Assembly: GCA_002633005.1 (NCBI GenBank)
Contig: NMRA01000067.1
Span: forward strand, 729,880-789,338
DNA from: Phoronis australis
Lineage: Eukaryota; Animalia; Phoronida
Direction of reading: 5' to 3'
Length of the DNA stretch: 59,459 nt
The notes beneath the pieces were generated by a model, which saw only the letters and a list, made by a program, of their open reading frames with translations, was not told where the DNA came from and ran no database searches. The position numbers and the translations under genes are program-made. The first letter of the stretch is position 1. Each line of letters starts with the position of its first letter. Shown here piece after piece: positions 11,001 through 23,000 of the stretch.

Positions 11001-14000
11001 TAGGCCACTTATCGCTATGAAACTTGTGACAAAATTTTCTGTACTCCAATAACATGTGGTTCATGAGCTTGGAAAGAACTGACAGTTTGTTATTGCTGAG
11101 ACCACACCCAGCTCGACACCATACCCAACTCACACCATACCCAGCTCATAAAATGACCTGCTGTGATAAGCTAAGTTGTTGAACCAGAAGCGTGTTCAAC
11201 AGAGTGAGCGCCCGCTAGCGTGTACTCGCGAACACAAGGAACAGCTCCTGAACAGCTGTGAGCGCTCACTATGCGATCCAGTATGGCGACTCTGAAGCAG
11301 ATTGTGTTGAACGTGTTAGCCGATGAGCTTAACACTAACAGTCCTTCCTATGGCATACTGAGCGATAAATATGATTAATCTTTTCCAATAATTATTAATA
11401 TCGGCAGCCCAATTGACAATAACCGTGAAGGCTTTGGCCCGACAAGAATCGGAAATTACGTCGAGGAAACTGTTCCTCGCTACAGCGACCCGCAATTTAA
11501 GTCGCAGTTTCGGATGAGTCGGTCAACTTTTGAGGTTAGTTTTCGTGTTGCAGAACCATAATGGGTTCATATATGTTGCAGACGTGAAGCCTTCGCAGGA
11601 CGCCATCTTGGAAATCTAAGCGAACATGCTCTCGAGGTTGTTCGCGAGCGCTCGCGAGCGCTAACGTGAACACAGCTGTTCAGGACGAGGGCGCTCAAAT
11701 CGCTCGCGGGCGCTCACTCTATTGAACACGCTTCTGGTCTCCAGCAATAATCCTGCTGAGCCCCCATGCCAAGAATTGTAGATGACACTTGGATTACCTC
11801 AAAATCCAACTGTGCCTGGTGGTATGGTAAATTGACCCAACTATGTTGCACCCCCCTCACTGACAGAATTAATGAGGAACATATTATTGCAACTTTAGCT
11901 TGTAAAAGTCACATTTCTTGTCCATTTTTCAAAATTCAAAAACCTAATCATGTGCGTTTATCACGAACTATTCAAATATGCTATTTAAAAACTTTCAAAA
12001 CGAAAGCAAATTTAAAAATACTACTGTCGCCCCCAATGTGTTTGTGATGGGTTTCATTGTCTGGAGAATGATAACATCACAAGTCTGAGGCAATTTACTT
12101 AACCACAACAGCATCATAGGCGGATCCAAGGGGGTTGGATCCAAGGGGGTCGGACCCCCTTTTTCCCTTGATTTTAATGATATCAAATCTAGAATCTTCA
12201 AATTGTTGTCTTGGATACCCCTTTTTCAAAAAATGCTTGATCCTACCACCTTTTTTAAAATCTGGCTCCGCCACTGTGCATGGTGTCTTTGATCTGAACG
12301 GGCAGATTCTTTGGTGCTCAAGCTGGTCAAGTTGCCCAATCTCGACCAGTTACTGTGTCAACTTGTATTTTTCCTACGCCGTTATCACCTGTAATGCGAG
12401 GAACAAGCTAAGACCACTTTCAGAACTGTGATTTAAATCAAAAGTTGTACGCTGGTATGTAGTCGTTTTAACATGTAAGTTGAGATACATGGAAAAGTAA
12501 TTAATTAATTAGACAGATGACTTTACTAATGTATTGTGCTAAAATATTCTTGTGTATGATTGTTGTAACAGGTAAAAGGCCATTATATCTGTACAGGAAG
12601 ACTTCTTGAGATATGTTCTTTTGCAAATTTAGAAAACATGCTTAATAAAACACCACAATAATTCTGGTGTGCTGGAAACATTTTGTCAGCTCCAGGACTT
12701 CATCGGTTGTCCATATGAAAAGACGTAACAAATTAGTGGATTTTGTCTATGGCAAAGTTACTCACTAGTGGCACTGATGGTCATTTTTCAAACTGAGCGA
12801 CGGCTGTTGGCTAATAAGCATCCGCTGACGTCACTGAAAATTTGGAGACACGTATAACTCAGTGCCGTGTTTCGTAGATGCAAGAATCTAGCATGTTTGA
12901 TCGTGTGTTTCAGTTATAATGCTTCATGAAACTTACGGTAGTTACGTTTTTGCACTTTTTTGGCCTACGCAGTGCAGGCTTGGTGTTTTGGGCAGTGAGA
13001 TTTAACTTCAATGTAAATATCTGTGTGTCGATTTGATGCTATTGTAGCTCACTTCAATGGTGAGCTCAGCTGGCAAGCACTGTTTTTTCTCATATGGTTT
13101 GTAGCAAAAACATGGGGCATGTAGTAATTCCCACCATGTTTAATTTTTTTGCTCAAGAAAATGATTCATTGTGGTTGATATCTCAAATACATTTGATGTC
13201 TGATGCACTGTAATTGTATGTATTTTGAGACGAAATTGTAGTTTGTTCAGTAAAGCTAGCATCATCACATTTGTGTGTGGGAGGTCATAGGTCAGTGGAA
13301 CAATTAAACCACCTCTTTGATCTATGTGAATGTCACACTGTAACTTCACAGTATACCAAACCAGAGCCTCAACACAGTTATGTAATCAACTGGTTATCAT
13401 CAAAGTTATCTGTAAACTACAGCTTGTGCTGTGTTGATAATTTTCATATTTTCCAAAGTTCTCAATTCTGTTTGCATGCACTTTCAATGTTGCCTATCAT
13501 CGGAACTCAACTGTGTACTGTTTTTTAAATCATTAAAACTTGTATGCGTAGGGCAGTTTTGAAATCACTCTGCTGTCTGTGGCATCACCTGTTAGTAAAG
13601 GACACTCCCATTACCATGAAAAATATTCTGTAGGGTTGTGTTTTCTTGACATGATTACTTGTTCTATTCTTATAGTGACAGAGACTGTTTTGGTGTTTCT
13701 CCTTGTCTCCTGCCTACAGGGGGCGTGCCAGGGTCTGTGTACACCGTCCCTTGTCATGCTATTCTGCAAGGTATCTTCTTGAGTTTCTGTCATAAGAAGA
13801 GGAATTATTAAACACTTCGTAGCTTTGCGATCTTTACATCATGATAACAATTCCTTCAAATTTCTTTTATTAACGCCTCCTTCCCATTGCAGGTTAGTGT
13901 TAGGTGGATTTTGTTTATCTGTTGTGATTACCAATCTGTATACCATCATATACGCAGCCACTATATGTGTAACTAATCTTTTAACTTATTAAACTTTGTA

Positions 14001-17000
14001 GTGAGTGCATTTGCCAATTAACGTCACAGAGGTGCCTGTGTAATTCATTTGCACCCAGTAATACAGCTCGAACCAAGGATTTTGTATGTGGGGGGAGGAG
14101 GCTCATCAGGACACAAACTTTGTGTGCGCTTGACATTCCTTCAGTACAGGGATGTAAAAGTGACTCGGCAGGGGAAGTCCAAACCTCTAGTCCCTGTTTG
14201 GATCCACACCTGGTTTTTATTGTCACTCTTTATTTCTGACTTACTACTGGGCGGCTCGCAATTCACCAGTTGGTGTAGCGAAGTGAGGGCCGAGCTCAGA
14301 AATGCTTGCATTCAGGTAGATATGTGTGATGCTTGAACTACAGACGTTCTGTGCTGTGTTTTGTGCTCTCAATTAAGTGTTAAAATGAGGGATTTTTATT
14401 CTTTAACGCCACCTGGTGAGTATCAAGTTGCCCATTTTGGGTGCAAAATGCACTTTTGTTCCGTTATCCACTTGAGTTCTGTCCAGTTGTAACCTTGTGT
14501 TTCCATGACTGTTACAAGTAATGCTCTGTTTCAAGCATGCGTTACTCTCTCAGTTGCCAGCTTTGTGTTTTAACCACTTTCGTGTGCAGAATACTGCAGT
14601 CTAAGGTTTGAAGAAAATTGCGGAACTGCTTGAAATGATGCAAAAGTAAAATTACAATGGGTGCATCTAGAAAAGATACATGAAATGCCTGGCTGTTCTT
14701 GCAAGAATGCTGTTGTTTTTTTATTTGTGAAAGAACATATTTCAAGTCAAAGATAATTGGTTTAGATAAATTGGTCTTCATAGAAAATATGTCCCTGTGC
14801 ATAAATCGTTGCAGTCTGCAGCATTTTTATTTTGCTAGAACAAGTTTTGATGCTCATTTTTGTGTTTCTTCACAGGTGTTTCGTCTGTGCCATCCTTTTC
14901 TTTTATGATGTTTTTATTGGGCACCACCAGTGGATGTGGCTGGCCTGCCTGTGCTAAAATCTTAAAGAAGGTCAGTCGCATATACACTTCCTAATGTTGC
15001 TCTACACTCTTAGTGTTTCAGTGGCGACCTGCATCATTTATCTATGAACGAATTATACCTAAGGCATACTGGTTTTCGTCTTGCTTATAATGCTTGTGGT
15101 GCTTCAAAACGCTTTCCTGTTTTAGAAAGTAAAAAAACAGAGTGGGTGTTGGAAAAGCTGTTTTGTACTTTTAACTGTAACAGTCTCTTACCAGATTTTA
15201 AGAACCATTCACCTCAACTGAATGACCAGCGTCAAAATGGTTCTCAAAATCCAGGATGCCCAGTAAGTGGCTATTGGTTAGCTCTTTTGCACTTCTTTTA
15301 CACTTAGTTTCAAAGTGTTATGTTTAAGTGATTTAGTGTAGTGATTATTACTTTGATCAGTCGATTTTACTTGCAGCTGTACAGAGGTACTCTGCCATTT
15401 CAGGAAGTCAGCATGCCAGCATTTGTTACCATTCTTATGCACCCACGTATATATGGTAAAGTTTCCTCAAATTCGAATGTCCAAAACTGTCATTTTTGCA
15501 TTTTTCAATCCTTCATTGTATTGCCTAAAATGTTTTAAGATTTCATTGTGTGTTGATAACAGCTGTATTATATAAGGTTTCAAATAATTGAGTAAAATTA
15601 TGTTGTTGTTTACTCTTGTTGAAAATTTCACTGTTTCGCCATATTGGGTTCTAATTCGAAGAAACATTACCGTATGTATATGTGGCTGTATTATACTGTC
15701 TTCCTGTCCATCCAGCGTCCGCTGCTGTACCTCCGAAACATCTTGATAGAAGTTTGTGAAATTTTACTGACATGCTTCTGGCATAGATGGGCCAAATGGG
15801 AGAGTTTGGAAACAAATCTGACTCCCAGTGTGTCCCCTTGTAGCAATTTTTGTTTTTTTACATCTGTCTCTATTTCGTTGGAGTGCCTTGATGGATTGTC
15901 ATGAAATTTGGCAAATAGGGATGGATTCAACATACGCTGTGCCACTCGGTGGCCATTTTTGCTGTTTTTTCTGTTTTTTGACGTCTGGCTCTCTTTCAGC
16001 GAAACCGCTCTAAGGTTGATTATGACAATTGGTGTATATGTTCCTACTGAGAAGGAAAGCTGACAAAGGTTTTGGACAGTGCTGACTACTGTGGCGGCAC
16101 TTCCTGGTGGCAGTTTTTTTTGCTTCCGCGGATGCGTCGCATGAACCCCTTGCATGAACTTTGTTAAATTTAGCATTAAGTGTATCTCTATGAAAATGCA
16201 AACAAATGGCAGCGGCTTTCAGATGAACCCAACTACCCCATTTGGTTCCTTGAAGAGTTTTTCGAAAAATAACACATTGCTTTCTAGGAAAGAGAAGATA
16301 GCACTCGAATGGATTCGACGTATTATGTCACCCTGTGGTGATTTTTTTATTTTTGAGTCTGGTTTTGGCATCTACCTTTCTAGTCACTCTAAGAATCTTC
16401 ATGCAATTTGGCATGTGGATGTGTAAGTACTGGATTTTGGGTCCAAATTCGACTAGTGGCAATTTTATTTTGTTTGCATTTGCCTTGTTATCTATCAAAT
16501 TCCTTAATGTATTGTCATGAAATTTGACAAATTACTTACTTTGAGGTAGACGATAGCACCTGCCATTTCAGTTAGATTTGACCTTTGTTGCACCTCCTGG
16601 TGACCTTTCTGGGTTTTTTTGTGCCTTCCTTCCCTTAAAACCTCTTGAAGAATCATGGTGAAGGCATGTGTGTTCCTATTGAGGAGAGCATTTGTGACTT
16701 GTTTTGCACTCTCTATTATTAAGTTTACTTGCATTGCATTATGGGAATGTTTAAAATATTGATCATCTCTGTTATCTGTGCGGTGCTTACGGTGGGTGCA
16801 TACCAGTGGTCCGCGTTACCACATTCCAGCAGTCCCCTTTCTTGATATCAATAGGCTCTGAATGTGTGATGTCACACCACCCTGAGCTGTCTGAAGAGTC
16901 CACCAGCCTTTGCTTTAACTATGACCACACCTCTGGGAAATTGCAAGGGTGCAAAACTTGTAATAATTGTTTTATTACCCCTTATGAATTCTGAATAACC

Positions 17001-20000
17001 CAGCCCAGAATACATGTATGCCAATCTGTATGGTTCCCAAATGTTCTAGATGGGCATTAGAGACTTGTTTTGCGGATTTTTTTTTTAACGGAAAACGTGT
17101 GTAATGTAAATGAACAAGCTTCCTCTGAAGTTTCTGTTACTACTTTGGTCTAGTTGCTAGTAGTATTTCCGATTCTATGGTGTATTATTGTTTTCAGTGG
17201 TATTCCCCATCTCAGTTTGGTAGTGTCTGGGGTTTTCTGTCTTCTTCCATGAACTTGACCGGCGCTGTTGGGCCTATGTTGGCTACATATCTGTCACTTC
17301 ACTATAGTTGGCAGACAAGCTTACAGGTGGCAGGTCAGTTGAGTATATTGGGAAAGTTATAGTGGTACTGCATGCATTGTAATAAGGAGTCATGTCTGTG
17401 TAAGTGCTCCTATGTTGTTAGATGGACACAGCAACTGTTGACATCCATGCCGAGTATAGATGTTTTTGCACAGTCCAAGGGCAATTCAAAGTCTATTTTT
17501 GCAGTCAAATCTGCAGGTTTAAGCCAGGCCTGAAAATATCAGACACTAGGCTGTAATGACCAAGACAATAGCCCAGTTGCTATAGTAAGTGCCAACAAAG
17601 GCTGGCTGTGACAACATTACTTCAACTTTACAACTAGTCCATTACAGGCTCACTAGGTATGCTTTCAAAAGCTAAGGCTCTGCAATGCATTCAAGTTTAA
17701 TTACTAATTAGGTATCTTATTATGTGGTTATTTAGACGTATGCAACGAAATCATCAGTCGCATTGACAAAGCAGCTGCCAGGACCATTACCAGGTCTGTG
17801 TGCTGACGTAGACCCCAAAAAAGTCGCGTGATAACTCTAGCTTTGTTGAATTCACAAAGTTCGTGCATCTACAGAATGCAGCTTAGGTAACCCGGTTTTT
17901 GACCTGCTCCTTTACGACAGGGCTCAAATCTTAATTTGAAATACACTGAGAACCTGATGACCTTAGTATTAACTAAGCAGATATGCAAAATGCTCGATAG
18001 ACAAAATTGAAAACAGTCAAAGATATCAACAGAAATGTTGGGAGAGACCTGTTAAATTAGATAAAGTGTTTCCCTGTTTATCTTAGGTGTTGTCTCCCTT
18101 GTGTATGCTGGGCTGTGTGGATTGGTTCTGCACGATTCTCCATCAAGCATTGGGTTTGAGGAGTTTGTCACGAAGGATGAAAAGAAAACGTCAAATGGTG
18201 AGTGATTTGGCATCAGTTGCTGGATATGAGGTACTCTATCATAACATTCTTTTGTGTCTGTTTTTATCTGTATGTTCACACATTACTCACCACATTTTTA
18301 TCAGATCGACACAAAATTTACACACACCATGTGTCTCGTCAATACTTCGAGGCCTTTTATTTGGGGTTAAAATTGGATGCAAGATGACTCTGTGGTGGCC
18401 ATTTTTCGCTGCGCTGTCACTTGACATGCCGTGAGAATAGTGTTTCCAAACCTTGCTACACCAACACCAGGCTAGTCAAGGCTCTTTACCCAAGCCAAGC
18501 AGCAAGTCAAGTTGATTCATTAAGACATGCGTGAGTTAATGGAGCGTGTAATTTTTGTTAGAAAGTACTGCCTCTGTAACTACTTCCCCTGATTTAGGTT
18601 TATTGTATTGGTGACACAAAGGGTATGATAATGCACTGGCCATCTAGGTGATTCTGGTGTGTGTGTGGTGTAATTTATTAAGTAACTCATAAGTCTTGAG
18701 GGATTTTTGTGAGTGTGTAGATCTCTTTAACCGCTTCCTGGGGTATGCCATCCATTTGCAATAACGTTATTGTTCTTGAGGTATTCAAGATTTTATAACA
18801 ACTGACTTTTATTGATTGATTTCTAATGCTGTAACTACAGTCTGTGGATCTTAATGAGAGTGAATTGATCTGGTCAAGAGCTACAAGGAGTGTATATTCA
18901 TTTCCCACTGCTACATTTTCAAGTATTCCAGATTTACTGATTACTATAGGTCCAATGGTAGTATCATACTCATCTGGGTTACCACCCAGGGTGCTTAAAT
19001 TGGGAATCTAAAAAAATGAGTGGGGTGGGCGGAAAGCCGAGCATGGGCGCTTAAAACTGAAAAATTGAATATTTCGAGGGCGGGCGGTAAGCCGTCAGCA
19101 TGGGCGGTAACTGGGACAAGTATAGTATGTTTTTGAGGCTTTCATGTTTTTGTCCTCCCGGTGTTCAAGAACAACTTGGGTTCTGGACCTTTCCTGTGAT
19201 TCGCAGGACCGATCAACTAATTTACACCCAACATGTAACTGATCAATAGTAGCTCAGAGATGTCTTTGGTGAGGGACTCATCACTGTCGCTGATATTCAT
19301 AGTTCATTGATTCTAGAATGGAATTAGTTTTGTATCATCTTTTCATCCATCCCTTCATTTCGTTCACTAATTAGAGGTCTTTAATTTCTTCATTAGTTTG
19401 TATACTTTGCTAATATTGATTAATTGTGTTAAAGGTTGAGGTTTTGTAGCAGACCGAGCAGTTCTAAGGTTAAGCCAAAGGCCAATGAAAGCAGAGCTGG
19501 TCTCCGAATAAAAATGCTGTTTGGCTTACTCTTAAATATTCCCATTAGCACTGGAATTGCTGAGACAATAAGATGTCCTTGTCAGGACAGATTCATTGGA
19601 GTGTTATTGGAAGTCGTGTTGCTCTAATCAACTCCTAAGAGTTCGGGGGGAGGCTTTCCCCGCGACCTTTGTGTTGTCAGTGGGATCATGTCGTTTTCAA
19701 AGATTTTAGTCTTAAAAAATGATACTAAAATTTTGAAACATAGGCAGTAAACTGAATACTCTTATCTTAGGCTGTGCAAAGGGTTCATTTTCTGACTTGC
19801 CCATTATCTACATGAGAAAAAAATCCTTGAGTGTCAAAGTTTTTTCAAGGTTTATTTGCTGGTGACAGCTACCAGATTATCTATATTCTGAAGCTTGCCC
19901 GGGGATTTAATAAGACATTACTATTTTGTGTGAACACCCATAATTTAAAAGATCCATAAAATTCTAAGCCACTATGGGGATTAATTATACTCCCTCCAAG

Positions 20001-23000
20001 CCCAAAAATTCAGAGAGCAATATCATGGTTTACCGTATCTTTCAGATGATTCAGAGTCGAAGCATGAGACGACCAGTGTGGTGGATCTGTTGAGGAGTCC
20101 TTACTTGTGGACCTTGTTCTTTGCATACATGCTGGTCTTTGCTACTAAGACGTGTCTCCAGGACTGGGCACAGCTCTATCTCATTCAAGAACAGGGCAGG
20201 AGTGTACTCATGGGTAGGGATGTTACATTATCCTGGGTACAGTTCAATAATGCTAAGTACCTCGCTAGAAAAACAAGATCTCACAAGATTCCTAGATTAA
20301 AGTGACTATATGTTGAGTTTTTTTGCCAAAGGTGTATGAATTTGGAAGTTTGTATTGGACCATAGCAGTCTTGCCACGATATGCTTGATATCAAAGCTGT
20401 ATGTACTATTTTAGACATTCTCTAATTCTGTGGTATCAACATTTTTATGTTGTTGCATGTCCTGACCCACTTAACTAGTGTATTTCAATTTAATTTAATT
20501 GCAGTATCGTATATTTTAGTGAGCTTTTGGAAATTGCTGCCCTGCAGCCCTTCTCGCACACGCAGGAAAAGTAATTACGCACAAAATCGACAACACATGT
20601 ACAGCAAAAAAGCATATTGCTTGATAACAGATGAAAATTGATAGTAATATTCATTTACTTGCAATCTTTCTGCTGATGAAACCCAGTTAATGTGATTTTG
20701 TGGAAGATTCTATGTTTGGAAGACTAGTTGTTCTAGTTATCAAATTGTACTTTTGAATGTGGTTTTCATTAATGTCACTCTTAGTTTCTCATTCCGATCT
20801 AAAATTGAGTGTTTTAAAAGTAAGTTTTATTAAACTGATGTTCGGCTTGGGAAGATTCATTTGAGGATACTTTTCAGGTAGTCGTAAAATGTCAGCAGCT
20901 GCTTAAAAGTGTATTTTCACAACTTCAATTTTGTTTCACAGGTAGCTCTTTTGTCAGCAGCTTCGAATCAGGCGGTTTGGTGGGCAGTTTTTTAGCTGGA
21001 TTCTGGTCAGATCGCATGGTATGTCTGTTTGTGCTTGCTTGTGTGTGCATGTGTGTTCGTTTCCTTCTTTTAACAAGTATTTATATCATCCATGTGAAGC
21101 TGGTTAACATTCCAGGCTTGTCTATTCACTGATCCACAGGGGGTAATAAAAGATTTATCTTCTTAGCCATTACCATAAACCTTTTGTTAAAGCTGTGATC
21201 ACAATGGGAAAGCATTAAATTTGGTGTTGCATATCTTTCAATGACAAAATGGAGAAAATAAAAGTTTGCCTGTCTGCCATATTGTGTCCTAAATTCAGTG
21301 GTTACTCTTTACCATGCTCAGTCTAGTGACTCATTGACGTAGAAGTTGTTAGTATTTGTGAAATGACCATTGTAAAACCTTGTCTTCACTGACTGAAATT
21401 CATCGGGACTGTCAGACCTTGCAGATTGTAAGTCCGCTATTTAGACTTCTTGTGCAGTACACACTTGTATGTAGTAATTTACTTCAACTAAAAGTTGGTC
21501 AGTCCAAATGAGAAACTTTAGAGATAAGCCCTTGTCATTCTCTCCTGTTGGAAACTGCTGGTCTTTCAGTCTTTTCAAGATCAAACTGTTCTGGTTTGGA
21601 AGACTGTGTGTCAATTTTTTTTTTAAAAATCATAAAGAATCTCCAGTTCAACTACCATACTTGACTGAACCTGTTGGCACGGCAGTACTCTGAGCTGTTA
21701 AAGAACCTATATTTAGACATTGCATGATTTGTTTGGTAAACAACATTCCCAGAATAAGCTCTTTGAAGGTGGAGATAAGAAGACGAGTACCCATCGTAGT
21801 TTTGCTAACAGTTTTCCGTGACATTTTCAAGCTGAGTTAAATATTCCTCAGTGATTTACTGAGCCATGTTACATGTATCTATTGAGCTTACTCTACTTTA
21901 CTGTGGAAATGTTTTTGATTATCGCTACTTCAGTAAATATCTTTCCCTCAATCATATAATGTTGAAAATCTGACAAGTGTGTGCAATCTTGAACTTGTTG
22001 TGTACAAATGCTGGGAATAAAATCTTGTGGCCAGGGCTTAATCCTCTTAGCAACACCACCTTTGGCAACACTCCCGTTTTGGAAGATCAGTAAAAGGTTT
22101 AGAGTTTGGTAAAATCTCACCAATTTCAAACACTAGAATTATTGCCAAAATGCTCTTTCTTTGTTTTCCCAAGGCCTTTAACACATTTGTTAATGCTCAT
22201 AATTCTGAAAACTTTGTCTGAAAGCAGCTGTGGCACAAAACTTGAACATGGAAAAGGGTTAAAGTTAGTGCTACTTATGTGTCATGGAAAAGATGAGGAA
22301 ACAAAATTTCACTGGTCGGCCGTGTTGTGTCCTAAATTGGTGCGATTTTATCCTACGTATCAATGTATAAATTCCCCATCTGGACATAGGTTTGTTCATT
22401 GTTAAGGACATTGAACTAAAAGGATTTAGCCAACATACCAGGATTAAATAGCCCCCTGATGTGGTAATGACTTAATGAGATACAGTATAGGACAACATCT
22501 GGTAGTAACCTCCCTCACAAAGTAACCCAGGGTAAATAAATGGAGCTGATTGTATGGATTATTACATGGGGAGCCTGTTTAGACCAGGCGGGTGTGGGAT
22601 TTGGAGGATTATTCCAGCAAATCTTCTGTAGGATCACTCCTATTGGGTTACAAACACTAGACAACTGACAAAACATAAGTGAAAATATTCATGTGAAGTG
22701 TTGCTATTTCTTACACATGCATTCTGGGCAAGCTAGCAGTTTTCAAGGCTAGTTACATGCTTGATACATTACAAATTCCTTAAAATCAGAAAGCCATGAT
22801 GTTATGCTCAATCCTCAGCTTATATGGACAGAGCAGATATCTGCTCTTGTGAATATTAAGTTAGGTCCTGAATTAGAGGAACTACAACTAGCCACAGCTC
22901 TCCCCATTGTTTGTTAATTCAAATGCCATAGAAGGCCCCATGACTTTTTGAAGTGCCAGAATATAAGCTCAAAACTGATTGAAACTGGAATTTGAGAATA

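Noticed and set aside
14191-14282. Possible third exon-3 variant (92 nt, phase 1->0, ...LLLGGSQFTSWCSE|gtgagg)
   Set aside because: No polypyrimidine tract, and the GxxQxxxW pattern is shifted about 5 residues relative to 3a/3b, so it does not align; still worth a glance in junction data
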